Below, piece after piece: positions 36,221 through 50,124 of a DNA stretch of 64,000 nucleotides. The position numbers were made by a program, and so were the translations under genes. The stretch comes from Squalus acanthias. Lineage: Eukaryota. The first letter of the stretch is position 1; each line of letters begins with the position of its first letter. The notes beneath the pieces are model-generated. The model was not told the DNA's origin and made no database searches. It worked only from the letters and a program-made list of their open reading frames with translations. Location: NCBI GenBank assembly GCA_030390025.1, contig CM059433.1, positions 19,966,001 through 20,030,000 of the forward strand, written 5' to 3'.

Positions 36221-38959
36221 GAAAATCACACTTTTGAAATGCATGTAACATCAAGTTTTAATACTGTGTGAAATGTTGAAGTGTTAACTTTCGTCTTTTT
36301 TAAAAAAAGACAAGAGGACGGAAAAGACAGCCTCAGTGCTTCATGGATTCTTTTTTTAAATGTAGAGTCGTCACTGCTGGAGATGGCTCCAATATTTGAA
36401 TCACTGTAGCATGGATATGCATTTGATGACAGTTTTCCCTTTCTGAAGTCCCCTTTTCAATCATGCATGTGTTTCTGGAGATGACTCTGAGAGAAAGCTG
36501 CCAGAATTGCTAACTTGCTGGATGTCAAAATGCCCACCCTGTCATTTGTTGCTGAAAGCAGGTGTTAGCTTGAGATTGGGAAGAGAATTTGCCGTGCTAG
36601 CATCGTTGCATTTCTGTCAGAGCAGTTTATCACGCTTAGGGTTCCGAATCTTAAAATAATACGCAGGGTGAGATCCCACTGCCGCAGTTCAGACCAGCTA
36701 CTCAGCGGAAACAGTCCAGTTAAAAAATAAATTAAAAAGAAACACCAGCCAATTCATCATGGTTACCAGTGCAATCACTACATATTCATCGAAAATAACT
36801 CTTTTAGTTCTTTTATGATGACTATGTGAGGCATAGTGGAATGACATGAGACATTACCAATTTTGTAATGCTGAGTTATCATCAAAAGTGGCAGCACCAG
36901 ACTTCTTGGTAAATACGCTTTCATTAAGCATCAGATTTAACTCCAATTTTGTGCAACAGTAACCCCTATAAATAATGCTTCCAATGTTGACTAACTTGTC
37001 AGCTGGAATTGGTCGACTCGACTACTGTATATTTTCCACTACACCATTTTGTTTACATGCCTGACTTGGCCACTGATGTGAACTCATTTTTATAATTGAG
37101 AAGCAGTATCAGTGCAAACTCTAATCTGCAATAAAATGATATCCAGTGCTCTATGAAGCCAGAAATTCTAGCTCCTAAATTCGTTTCAAACCAATGGATA
37201 GTTAGATAGTTGCTCTGCAGCGAGAATGATTTTTTCAGATGATTCCCGACTTTACATACATTTCTTCCACAGATCTTGATTCTTCTGGTAATTCTGTAAT
37301 ATCCATGAAATGGACCACATACATGCAGATCGCTCACAGATGTTTATAACTTTAAAGAATGAGACCCAGAGCAAAGGGAAGAACCATTGCTTGATCACTG
37401 ATCACAGTATTCTTTATATGAATATCTTCAATGACCATTAGACAGCTCGAGCATTTTGTGATGACCAATCTGGTCAAATACTCTTTTCCATAATTTTCAG
37501 AAAGTATCATCTACTTAAAGAACAGTCTCCAGAGGACAGTCCGCCTGTGTCATGAATGGCCACTTTGGTGAGCTACAACAGAACTGAGTTATTGGATCCC
37601 AGCATGAGCCCAGACTACCTTTAGGAAAGGAAGGAAGTGAGGGGGGTGGGGATGGGGGGAGGGGGGTGATGAGGGGGAGCTGGATGGCTAAATAATCCGA
37701 ATAATAAAGATAATACAGCTATTCATTCCCACTGTAGGAGCCAGAGACTCCTGTAATTAAATTGATTTATTGTTTAAATATATTCTGATGAAATCTTGCA
37801 AAGAAATACAAAGTTGTATGCAATGTACCATTGCCATTGTATATTTTGGTTTGGAGGAAGTAATTGAAAGGACTCCTGTTAATTTGGCAGTTCCACTGGC
37901 TGGTGTTTCTAAAAGCAGGCCTGGAATGAAAAGCCAGCATACAAATAGATAGAGAAAAGCACTGGTTTCTGTGCTGCTTTAAGATGTTGGTCAGACTGTG
38001 TAAAGTTCTGGTCACCTTCAATAGGAAGGATATTACTGCCTTTGAGATGAGATGGAGGTGAGCAATGAAGATGATTCAGAAGTATAAGTAATGAGGACAC
38101 ATTCCCTTAGAAAAGGGACTTGATGAATTGAATTGATGCATGAATACATTATAAAGACAATTGAAAAAATTGATCCAAACACACTTTGTTACTATGTCAA
38201 AGGGTTCAAATGCATAAGAAAAGAGGCTATTTGTCCCGTCAGAACTTACTCATCAATAGGGGTGGGAAGGAATGGAAGGATGTAGTGAAAGAGTGGGTGG
38301 TTAGGTTTGCATATATAGAAAAGGATAGGACTTGTGTACTCTGGCCTCTGTCCTTTCCTAAGTTAAATATCTGATACAAATAATGCATTTATCATCTGAT
38401 TCCCTTGTTTGTAAGACAGCATGAAGTTAGGCATCATCTCTAATCTGACATAGTGTGAACAGTGCAGTGTTCTTTTCTTCCATATTGGAAAATATGGCCT
38501 TACTAGATCTGAGACTGCTTAATAGTGACATGGTACAAAAATTGAAATCTGTTTCTTTCTCATCCTAAAAAACCCCAGTTTCAAGCCCTCACTCAGGTTA
38601 GTAACATTATAACATTATAAAAATAGATTAGTTACATGGTTAAGAGCAGTGACCTCATTTCCACAGAGCTTAGTGTTCATTATGATATAAATGCATGTTG
38701 TGAGCTAATTGACATGCTGTAACTTGCTAATACCATTTACTGCTGTTATTGAGGGTGACTGTGAGGCTCTACATTGGAATAAGAGCCAGAAATTAAATCA
38801 AAGGAGCAATAATGCCTTAAATTTAATAAAAATTGTATAACTGTTCCACATATCTCCCAAGGGCAATTTAAAAACAATTATTTTGAAATTATTATAAAAC
38901 TATTTTTTTTAAATAATTGCACGCTGTGCTTTTAACACCACTCATCCTGCCTCCTTTTT

Positions 38960-39143
38960 TTTATTATTCATTCCTGGGATGTGGGCATCGCTGGCAAGGC
39001 TAGCATTTATTGCCCATCCCTAATTGCCCTTGAGAAGGTGGTGGTGAGCCGCCTTCTTGAACTGCTCCAGTCTTCGTGGTGAAGGTACTCCCACAGTGCT
39101 GTTAGGGAGGGAGTTCCAGAATTTTGACCCAGCGACGATGAAG
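38960..39143 (-). mobile_element. 3' end of the CR1/L2-group LINE seen at 57531-59917
   Basis: gggatgtgggcatcgctggcaaggc...gcccatccctaattgcccttgagaaggtggtgg matches 57547-57713. Confidence 0.8.
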
Positions 39144-39957
39144 GTGTCTTGCACTTGGGCCTTGGTCCTTCACCTTCTCAATTAAAAAGAAGACTGCAGT
39201 GGATAGGCACCTGTAGTTGCAGTGCACTCACTTGTGTCTTAAGATAGCTGACGTGGCAGAGATCCAACAATGGCTCCAGTAGTTTAATCTTATTATTATA
39301 ACTGTATTTTAACAGTAACACCAGACAATCTTGAATCTTCACAGTGTGCACTTCTGGTTCTGCACCACTTATGCTGCTAATTATTGTAGAACCTGACACT
39401 AATTGAAAGAAATACAATTTTACTCACAATTTTGTTTTGGGATTTTTGCATTATTTTGTGTGAATATCATTTCAGTTTTATTTCACTGAGAAACAGTAGT
39501 GTGCAAGGTGACAGTGCCCATCTTGTCATACAAACACAAGCTGTGTTTTACATCATCATCATCACCTATTCAAGGTTCGGCAAGGTCCTCAGCAGTGGGG
39601 CCATCAACATCAATACGATACAGCTTGTACGGCTGACATCAGAGGGAATCTCTCACTTAGCACCGCTCTGTGTAGTGGTGTGATCTGTGTTGAGGACATT
39701 GAACAGACTTACAGTAGTATCATGATTAATTGTTCTGTCAAGGCAAATGTGAAATACAATGTTGTGATGCCAAGTGATTAATAAAACCCGAAGCTGATGC
39801 AAATGCTATGTTATTGTTCTGCGTCTGAACAGCAAATGTAACAAGGTAACAGATGTGTTCAGCCACTTTTAATTTATGTCAGTCGAGTTTAATAATTTTT
39901 TGTAAATTCTAAGTACTGTAAACACAACAGTCTGTTAACTCAGTTTGACGAAACATT

Positions 39958-40710
39958 GGGCCATAATTTGCTGTAGCAGGGTATCTAACGGCATCTGCCG
40001 ATAGTTAGACTTTTCCTTGCACATTTTTTGCGTGGCCACTTGCTGAAAGTGCGAGCTGATAACGGCACAGCGAGGGAAGCAGGGCATCTGGGACCTGAGT
40101 GAACTGGGCAAGCAACTGTGTATCTCCTTAACCAATCAGATTGAAAGATTGTGAAATAAATAGCACAAGGACTGAGAAGGGAGTGTAAATTAGAGTGGGC
40201 GAATTCAATGTCAAATCAGGTACAGAAAGGGAAATAAAGATTGGACTAAGAGCGAGAGAAAAAAAGAGACAGAAAGGAAAAGTTTTTTTAAAAGTTTGAA
40301 ATTTTACATTTTTTAAATCTCCAACAATTTAAACCTGAAGGAATGAGACTCCGCACCTCTATGAGTTAATTTTCAGTGCCAGGGAGGTTGACTGGCAGTA
40401 AGTAACACTTATCACCTCATACTTAGACTTGAAAATGACAAGACTTATCTTTCAGTGGCGAGTTTGTAGTTCCTATCTACTGTGCAAATACAGCAACTTC
40501 ACGCCATTCAATGCATGTTGATGGTGAGGCAGACAGCGAGACGCTGTTTTTGAAAAGCTGACAGCACAGTGGCGCACCTCAGACAGCGACTTTTGGATAT
40601 CCGCGTTCAACCGCGCATCTTCTCCTCGCCTGACGTTGCTGTGCCATTTGCGCATAAATAACGGTGGGCGCTATTTGCCTCACCGTTATTTTGACGGCAA
40701 AATCTGGCCT
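39958..40710. mobile_element. Harbinger-type MITE
   Basis: Ends GGGCCATAATTTGCTGT / AGGCCAGATTTTGCCGT; TSD ATT (39955-39957, 40711-40713). Confidence 0.78.
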
Positions 40711-43700
40711 ATTGTCTGTAAAATATAATTGTTATCTATTAGATTGTGTTTACTGGAAAAAATAGGGTGGGGTGGGGTGGAAACATACCTGTCAAAATCT
40801 TAGTCAGAACTGTAACTAAAACAGAAAAATTGTTCCATAAGATGTTTGGAATATCTTCGTGGATGGGTTATAGTGACTAATAGCTGTCAGCGACAAATCC
40901 ACAATGTTGCTTGAGATGAGCATCCCAAAGTCAGGTTGTGTTTTGGAGGGATGACGCTGATTTTTTTTTGCTGTAGTAATGGGCCTCAGATGAATGTGTC
41001 GGTCACGAATGCTTCAACAAAATTAAAAGAACATGGAAAGAAGATGGATAGATAAATGATCTAACACACCTCCATTGAAAGGAATTAGATACAAGCAGAT
41101 GAAGCACTCATACAATAACATCGCTGGAAATTGCGTTCATCTGATTACATTGCCACTAATCCGTCAAGGGACCGATAGAAAAAAAATGAATAATTTAACT
41201 TGCCAGAGAGAAAATATTGGGAAAAAAGCGACAAAAAATTAAATTGTCAAATCATTTCACTACAAGAAAGTTGTTAGAATACAATCCAGGGCTGCAAGCT
41301 GGAGGAAAATGGAACTGAACTGGGTTCAGGGAAATAGAATTTCAGCTTTGAAGTCCCTTATAGAATAACATTTGTTGCACTTTTGATGACAAAAAGCATC
41401 AAATTACTGAGTACACAGCTAGAGCTAATACTACTTATACTAAAGGGTGAGTCCGTCCCCAATCGCCAATGTAAAGGGCAAAAATCCATTGCTCAACCCC
41501 CAGTGCTGGCTGTTATTTTTTATTCCTTGATGAGCTGCCTACGCAGGAGTACAGCTTTTCTCCGCTCCAATAGCCAAATTAAAATCAGTGCCACAGTAAA
41601 ATGAGACACGAAGTACAGAGCAGAAGGCAACTAGTCACTCACAGAAAAAGTCTATTTTGGGAAGATGAGCAGGAAGGATCATTTTTCTTTCTGGGAAGAA
41701 TATCCTTGTCATGCTGTGACAGGTAATGGTTCATTGCTCTTCCTATTTTAAAAGGATCAAATCTGCTTGTGACTGAACTTGGTAGTGTATGTGATCCCCG
41801 CTACATCACCTGTAGAGTTTTTAACATATTTTGAGGCAGATCGTACATTAAAAAAACAGACTTTGTTTAGTGGGGCCTGCCTTGTTGAGCGAGCCACTTA
41901 TTAAAGTGCCAACAGAGGTAAAACACTTCCTTACTTTCAGTGATACTGGATATCCAGAGCTGTGCATCAATAGAAACCACATACACATCACAACATTACT
42001 TTACAAGGAGCATAGGAACAGGAGTAGGTCATTCAGCCCATCGAGCCTGTTCTGCCATTTAATGAGATCACGGCCGATCTGTGTCCTAACTCCATCCACC
42101 CGGCTTGTCTCCATATTCCTTAATACTCATGGCTAGCAAAATCTATCGATCTTAGATTTAAAATTATTAAGTGAGCTAGCATCTGTTGCTTTTTGTGGGA
42201 GAGAGTTCCACAATTCTACCACCCTTTGTTTGAAGAAATGTTTCCTAACTTCCCTCCTGAATGGCCTGGCTCTGATTTTAAGGCTATGTTCCTTTGTTCT
42301 AGACTCCCCCACCAGCAGAAAAAGTTTTTCTCTATCTACCCTATCAATTCCTTTCAGAATCTGAAAAACCTCAATCAAATCACCCCTTAATCTTCTATAT
42401 TCCAGGGAATACAAGCCTGGTTTATGTAATCTCTCCTCATAATCTAACCCTTGGAGCCTGGTAACGTTCTGGTGAATCTGTGCTGCACGCCTTCCAAGGC
42501 CAATACATCCTTTCTAAAGTGCGGTGCCCAGAACTGTACACAGTGATCCAGATGTGGTCTAACCAGAGCTTGTACAGTTGGAGCAAAACTTCCTCCCCTT
42601 TATATTCTAGCCCTCTAGTTATAAAGGCTAACATTCCATTAGCCTTTTTGATCATTTTTTGTACCTGACTACTACATTTTAGTGATCTGTGTACATAGAC
42701 CCCTAAATCTCTTTGGACCTCCACTGTTCCTAGCTTTTCACCATTTAAAAAATACTCAGATCTATCCATTTTTGGTCCAAAATGGATGACCTCACACTTA
42801 CCTGTGTTAAAATCCATCTGCCGCAGTTTTGCCCACTCACCTAGTCTATCAATGTCTCTTTGTAATGTTAAGCTCCGGTCTACATTACTTACTATGTCAC
42901 CAATCTTTGTGTCATCGGCAAACTTGGATATGTGGCTCTCTATTGCATTGTCTAAGTCATTAATAAATATGGTGAATAGTTGAGGCTCCAGCACAAATCC
43001 TTGTGGGACACCACTAATCACTTCCTTCCAATTCGAGTTCATACCCATTATCCCTACTCTCAGTCTTCTACTGTCTAACCAATCACCTAACTAGGTCAAC
43101 AATTTTCCCTCAATTCCATGAGCTTTAATTTTAGCTAACAGTCTAGCGTGGAACCTTATTAAATACCTTCTGGAAGTCCATATAATTTACACCCATATAA
43201 TTCCCATGTCTACTACTTTAGCTACTTCCTCAAAAAATTCAATTAGGTTCGTTAGACATGACCTACGCTTTACAAATCCATGTTGGCTCTCTCTAATCAG
43301 CTCAGATTTCTCTAAGTGCTCAGTCACTCTGTCCTTACTTATATATTCCAATAACTTCCCCACAACAGATGTTAGACTAACAGGTCTACAATTTCCTGGT
43401 TTCTCTCTCTCACCTTTCTTAAATAATGGAGTGACATTTGCAATTTTCCAGTCAAAAGGAACAATTCCTGAATCGAGAGAGCTTTGGAAGATTATGGCTA
43501 AAGCATCTACAATTTCCTCACCTACTTCCTTTAAAACCCTGGGGTGGAAACCATCAGGCCCTGGGGATTTGTCAGTCTTTAGTGCAATTATTTTTTCCAA
43601 TACTGTTTTCTTGCTTACTTTAGTGAGTTCCAGTCCTTGATTCATTATTAGTTTCCTTGGAATATCAGGTACATTGTCCTCTTCCTCTTCTCTGCAGACT

Positions 43701-44022
43701 GACGCAAAGTAATTATTCAACAAGTCTGCCATTTGCAATATTACCCGTATCTGTTTTTAAAGGGCCCATATTACCCTTGACTACTCTTTTTCTCAAATAT
43801 ACTTGTAAAAACTTTTTGTGTTAATCTTGATATCCCTCACTCTCATATTCCTTTTTGCAGCTGTCACTATCTTTTTTTGTCTTCCTTTGCTGTTCTTTAT
43901 ACCTCTTCCAGTCCCCTGGATCTACACTATTCTTTGCACATTTGTATGCTCTTTCCTTTAGTTTTGTTCTCTCTCACCTCTTTTGTCGACCATGGCTGTT
44001 TTATTTAGTAAGTAGAGCTCTT

Positions 44023-44673
44023 GGGGGGAAAATTGGCTCGCACCCCCTTTGGGGCGCTAACTTCACAGCGGCGCTACTTTTAGCGCCCCAAAAAAGCAGG
44101 AGGCGGGGCGCGACTGGAAGCGCTCCCCCTCCCTCTTGGGGCGCTCCCATTGAATATCGCGGCACTACTGCAGGCCACCCTCCCCTGATTAAAGGGAAAG
44201 GGCCTAGCGCAGTGCGCACCGGGGCCCTGCTGGGCCACCAGGGAGCGGGGTGCTGGCAAAAGAGCCCGGCACTCAAGAGGAGTGCCAGGCTGACCGATCG
44301 CGGCCGGCACCCCGCAGGAGGAGGCCAGAGGGGGCAGGTGCTGGCAGGCGGCCCAAAAAAAATGGCCGCCCGGCACCTGCCCTTTAATTATCGCCGCCCC
44401 GGCCGCAAAAACACCACCCTGACCCTGTCGGACATAGCGTCCGGTGGTAGGTCAGGGGGCGCAAGCCAAGTTTGTGGCTGGGGCGTGAGTGAGGCGCTGT
44501 GCACGGCGATGACGTCATCACTGGAGTCGCAGCGCCGCGGGGTGCTACCGGCTACTGCCGCCGTTAACCTCCTGCTGAATTTCGTGGGAGACGTTAGCGG
44601 TGCCGCACCCAGGCGCTAGTTGCTTTGCACCCCATTAGCGCCCCGAGGCGCAAAGCAACCAAATTTTTCCACC
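44023..44673 (-). mobile_element. Harbinger-type MITE family G, inverted relative to 23941-24684
   Basis: TSD CTT (44020-44022, 44674-44676); extensive similarity to the reverse complement of 23941-24684. Confidence 0.85.
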
Positions 44674-44839
44674 CTTGTGCCTTAGGGGTATATACTGGTC
44701 CTGTTTTAAGCTAAATTCTTTTTTGTACTCCTCTCACTGTTCATCTGTAGCTTTACCGAATAACAGTTTTGACCAGTTTGCTGTCATTAGTCTCTGTCTC
44801 ATCCCGTTAAAGTTAGCCGTACCAAAATCTAGAATCACT

Positions 44840-45678
44840 GGGCTGGATTTTCTCAATGGAGACGTGCTGGAGGCGGGACTTCTGGTTTCCAGGTTTCAGT
44901 CCTGCTCCCAGCGACGTATGATGAACCCACGCTATTTTCCCTTGATTGGCCTTGTTAAGCCCGCCCCTGCTGGCTTAACCGGCCAATTAAGGGAAAGCCG
45001 ATGACAGATGACGTCAGCGTATGACGCTTCATCTGTCGAAAAAATTTTGACAGATGAATTGTCAGTGTTTTACAGCTTTGAGAAGCTGTCAAACACTGAC
45101 AATCTCTGTTCTAAGGTGAGCCCTTGCACCCAGGCTCACCAAGACCTTTCTCCTCAGCAGAAAGCAGATGGCTGCTGCATGTAAGAATGCAGCAGCCATT
45201 CTGTCATCTCTGCCGTTGAGATGAGGCACCTCTGGATCCTCAAAGGTTGAAGCCTGCAGAAAGAAGCAAAGGTAAGGAAACTTTTTCCAACACTTTACAC
45301 TCACCTCTCATACTTACCTGTCCACACTTGCACCCATCACTCACCTCTACATCTGACATTTCGACCCCTCTCACCCCCGCAGACCCACTGCTCGCCTCGC
45401 TGACCCTGGCGAGGTTCGCAGCCGTCGGGAAGGCCACAATTGCAGGCGTAAAATGGGGAAAAGCCTCAAAACTGCCAGGTTAACTACCTGTTAACAGGCA
45501 GTTAATTGGCTCTAATCCCCTTCCCGCTTCGAGGAGACGGGTCCCTGCGTGACTCGGGGACCCGCCTCCCGGGAAGATGGCATGGAGGCGGGTTGGGAGC
45601 GATATCGGTACCCGCTCCCAGTTTCTGCCATTTTCCCGCCTCCATACCCGCCTCCCCAGGGCTGGGAAAATTCCCCCC
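44840..45678 (-). mobile_element. Harbinger-type non-autonomous element, sister of 17479-18890
   Basis: Ends GGGCTGGATTTTC...GAAAATTCCCCC; interrupts a CR1; repeated CCCGCCTCC motifs. Confidence 0.78.
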
Positions 45679-46929
45679 CTTAGTAACTGTGTTAAGTTTC
45701 TCCTTTTCGAACCTAACATTGCTTTCGACCATATTATCATCACTGTTTGATAAATGTTCCCTTACTGTTAGATTATTAACATAAGTCTGGCTCATTACTC
45801 ATTACTAAATCTAGTATGGCCTGCCCTCTTGTTGGTTCTAGAACATATTGCTCCAGAAAACGATCTTGAATGCACTGCCATACACACGTGTATGCGAGCG
45901 GGAGCGTATACACACACACGCGGGAGGGATGAGGAGGAGGTGGGGCCACAGTGCACACTCCCCGTGTTGATATATCCAGCGTGTGTCGTTCTTCCTTTAC
46001 CGCCATCTAATAAGCAATTAGATGCTATAAATCAATAGATGCCATTATTTTGGAATATACAACAATGTAGCAGTGATTTGTGGTCACCAGGCCTGTCAAT
46101 CAATGTGGTCAGACGAGTACTCCGTCCATCTCAAAAGCTGACAACAAGTACAGAGGTCTATGCAAGAGACAAAGCAAGTGCGAATTGGCCCCGGAATAAA
46201 AATCAGTGCAGCCTCAGTGCTGAGCGTCAGCTCTGACTACACTTTCTGACAGCGGGGATCAATATACTTCATGGGCTATTACTTGGAGCTGAGTAAAAAC
46301 AGTACCTTGTAACGTCACAATGCTGTGCTTAATAGTATCTGAGCACTGAAATCCTCGTCACCAGCGTGCTGCGGCGTGGGTGGTCAACCTCTGCTTGGAG
46401 CACTACTTACTGAAGGATGATTTCTCGCTAGGTATCAGCAACTTAGTAAACAAGAGGTGAAGAAATCCTACGCATGTTATCTCTGGCTAAACAATCCTCG
46501 TGAAAGCATTCTTTAAAAAGTAAAAGCTTTCTGATTTTGCAAAGAGGGATTCGAGATCTTCCCACTGACTCACAGGCCCTGATATTTATGGGGAGGTGGG
46601 GAGGGAGCAGGGGGGCGGGGTCAGTTTAGTGGTCGGGAAACGGCAGGACCTGATTACCATATTTGGATTCTGTTTCCCAGCTGCAGCCAGCCTGATTGAA
46701 AGGCTGGCTGGCTCTCCTGCAGGTAGGCCTGCTGCACCAGGCCACAGCCGGGGAGCAGAGAGGAGGGAGGGAGAGATGGGGGCGGGGGGTCGGGGGGGGG
46801 GGACATTGATAGGCAGACCCGGAGAGATCGGAGGAGGAGGGGAGATGATTGGGGTAGGCCCGTGGAGGAGATCGCAGGGGGCCATGGAGGAGATCGCGGG
46901 AGGGCGTGGCATGGATCTCAGGCCATGGA

Positions 46930-47773
46930 TAGGCTGACCAGACATCCCCATTTTCTGGGGACAGTCCCCAGATTTGGGAATGTGTCCCCGGGCAAACAGT
47001 CTCCCCGGAAGAGTCCCCGGTTTAAAAATCTCATCCCCATACTGAGTCTTTGATTTTTTCAATGCTAATGCACAGAAACCCGTTTCTTGGAGAGTCTCGG
47101 CCTGTTTAAGTTCAGGAACGAATTCCTGGAGCGGGTTGAATGAAGGCATCAGTGGTGGTCCTGCCTTCCCACAATGCATTGCAGCTGAGAAAAGGCCCTA
47201 TCTATAGCTCTGGCCGCACTGCACTGTAGGGGATTGGGTCACCTGATCAGTGTTTCATCCAATGGTGACTGAGTGGAGGGCAGGACCTTCAAATGCGCGG
47301 GAGAAGCCAAGGGAGCGGTGAGAGCTGGTGGATGAGTAGATTTGAAATACTTTCCCAGTTTACCTGTATGGTGCATCCTGGTTCTTTTATTGAATAAGGG
47401 AGGGCAAGCTCTAAAATCTCCCACTGGGAAGAGGTTTGTGAATCTGAAACCTTCTGAGACAGAGGGTGTTTCATGGAAAATCTCAGTCTGTTGGGAACAG
47501 ATTTAAAATTGAGAAATTAAAATTGAGGGTATTCGGGGACGAGTAGATGGTACAGCACTACTGCCAGAAGACACGCAAGATTCGTGATTCGGTGTATCTA
47601 AGCTGCACAGGCACGCAGCTGTCTGCTGATCCCGCGTAGCCCAGGTCTGGCTTTTCCAAAAGTGAAATTTCGGCCTGCACAAAACTTTAAATGGGCCGTG
47701 CACCCAAAAGAAATTGCAGGGGAGCATTGCCTGTGTGTCCCCCAGATTTGGTTTTGAAAATGTGGTCACCCTA
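46930..47773. mobile_element. hAT-type MITE nested in an older GC-rich element (about 46575-48094)
   Basis: TIR TAGG(C/G)TGACCA at 46930 and TGGTCACCCTA at 47763-47773; 8-bp imperfect TSD gccatgga/gccacggg. Confidence 0.6.
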
Positions 47774-48580
47774 GCCACGGGGGACTTCGGGAGGGCATCC
47801 GATCATGGTGGCGGGGGCGGTCCGATCGCTGGGGATGTGAGCAAAGAACACGGTGAGCTTACCTGTTCCATCCAGCAGTCCTTGCCCTCCTTCAGCTGCC
47901 GAGTTTCCCGCAGATAAAATGTTCGGCATGCAACCTCAGGGACCCGCCTCCTGAGAGCGGGTTGGTTGCCTGCCTCCGTTAAAACTGGAAGTCGGCGGGT
48001 TCGAGGTGGGTTGGGTTCGGGTTTGAAAATTTTTTACAATTTAACATCCCATCCGAACCAAACCCACCCATTTTTGGGGGTTAAAATGACCCCCTATAGT
48101 GACCAGAGAGAATCTTTCGATTCCTACAGGTGATGAATTTTGCACCAGTTGAGAATATTCAGCTCGCTACAATTAGTAGAAAATAAAATGAGGGCACAGG
48201 AGGATGTGTGTAAAAAAAAAAGTTAAAAAGGGGGGAAATAGTAGTAGTTGGAAAGTACTCTTCGTACTGGTGCGATGTGAAAATAAAGTGAGATCGCATC
48301 TTGAAAGTAATCTCATTTACATCGATCGTGCCATTACTTCTGCTGTTCTTGTGACAATGTTGGCTTGTTGCATACAGCGTCAGACAGCTCATAATGAACT
48401 GTCTCTTTGTGCTGGTTGCTGACGTCAAGTCTTTTCACCCTTTAGCGCTCATGAAAAATGTAAAAGTGATGCTCACTGGGAGACAGTATATCAATAAATT
48501 TATAAGGAATCTTTAGTTTTCATTTCAAGAAATGGCATCTAATAGCATACGGTTCATTGATGAGATTTAATTCATTTATA

Positions 48581-49229
48581 GGCCTGGAGCTTCCGCTCGA
48601 TTGCGCTGGCTTTTCCGCGCAATTCCCCCGATAGCGGCGTAGCCGGCGTAAAAGAATTTTACGCGCAAATTGCATTGAGCACAAATCGAGTTTCTGCGAT
48701 CTTTTGGGCTAGTTTTAATAACATCGCGCTAGAAGCAGGCCCCGCCCACAAAACTGGCCATGCCCACAGGGTGAATTAATCACCATTGGAGTTTCCGCTA
48801 ATTGCCCTCGTTTCCAGGCCTTCGAGGAGGCTCTGAAAATTAAGCAGGATTTTTTTGGGCATAAGGACACGAATATGTATGGTTAGAAAGGTTTTCAATG
48901 ATTTTTTAAAAACAATATACTAAGGAACTCACTACTGTACCCCAATATAACTCGAAACTAGTTTTGTATATTTTTTAAAAGTAATTTTTAGTCATTTAAA
49001 ATCAGGTCACTCACAGATGGTGGATTGACACTGATTTAAAATGCTTATTTTTTGCGATAAACTCCTTTGCAGCTTTGTTAATCAAACTTTACCAAGTTAC
49101 CACTCTTAAATATATCGACAAATATTTTTTAAATCAAAATTTGTTTGCCAGAAACTAGGGGGATAAAACACTTTTCAAACGGCTGAAATTTGCGGCGCCA
49201 TTGCTGATTGCACTCAAAGCGGAAACTCT
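48581..49229. mobile_element. Harbinger-type MITE whose right TIR is hit by MITE 49230-50124
   Basis: Starts GGCCTGGAGCTTCCGCT and ends AGCGGAAACTCT; same TIR type as 61761-62152. Confidence 0.7.
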
Positions 49230-50124
49230 GGGCGAGAAATTCTGGTATCGCCCCGTTTGGGGCGCAATTATCGGCCGGGCACAAAGTTTAGCGCCTGGCG
49301 CTAATTATCGCCTCAGACTGCAAACTTGGCTTCTATCGCCCCTGGAGGTGTTTGGAGCGCTAAATCAGGCGCTACACACCTCTCTTAAGGCACTAACGCC
49401 GAGGAGCGAGGCGCTACCTCAGAGCGCTGGCGAAGCTCATGTGATGTCAGTCAGCAATGGAACACAGACACACTGGCGCCAGCCAGTTCTTAAACGGGGA
49501 GGGTCGATCTTGCTCTCCATCCACACCCTGCTCATTGCAGCCTTGAATCTCGGCTTGGAGAGACCTATACATCAAATCTGCTGGAAAGAACAATGGAGAG
49601 GCCCAGGGAAAGAGCTCAGAGTGCAGCCCCCATAGTCTCTTCCAAATTGATGCATGGAAGGTCAAATCAAAATGAACCTGCAAAGTGCTGCTCAGTACCC
49701 AAAACTCCTTCACACAGCGTTGAATCTTTCCAGAAGTGTCTCTCTCTCTCTCAGAATGCATGGTGCAAAAATGTCGCCGACAAAAAAAGACAGGAAGCGT
49801 TTCGCCTTTAAATAGCGCTCCCCCAGTCCCTTCCTGACTGCAAAACGCTCCCCTCAACCTATCGTTGCTAGCAGCAGGCGGTAAGGCAGGGGGCGCCACT
49901 CAATATCTGGTCCGAGGCACTACCGGGGCGTTGCACGCTCGACTGATGTCACGATCTGCGGGCGCAGGAGATCGTGGCGGTCGTGTTTAGCGCCACCGCA
50001 AAATGTCTGGTCAATTTCGCGAGCAACGCAAACATCGCCGCGCCCGGGCGCTAGTTGCTTTGCGCCCCATTAGCGCCCTCTTAGGGCGCTAACGGGAGGC
50101 GCAAAGCAACCAAATTTTTCCCCC
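49230..50124 (-). mobile_element. Harbinger-type MITE family H, inverted relative to 26506-27396
   Basis: TSD TCT (49227-49229, 50125-50127); full-length similarity to the reverse complement of 26506-27396. Confidence 0.88.

Larger units (their letters stand above)
42005..45850 (-). mobile_element. Long degenerate CR1 LINE interrupted by two MITEs
   Basis: ORFs 42133..42414, 42437..43048 (GVPQG, KFADD), 43187..43738 (KSPGPDG) and 45776-45850 (EPTRGQAILDLV); frameshifts and stops. Confidence 0.9.

Noticed and set aside
37641..37680. G-run tract (also 21800-21840) as a G-quadruplex element
   Set aside because: Low-complexity runs are common; no evidence of function
38361..38377. agttaaatatctgatac, similar to part of U2 snRNA
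   Set aside because: Only 17 nt with a mismatch and no flanking U2 similarity
43855..44619. Long GC-rich ORFs in MITEs (also 46586..47179, 49201..49899, 3072..3776)
   Set aside because: Stop-poor GC-rich repeat sequence; no recognisable domains, and frames are not conserved between sister copies where these exist
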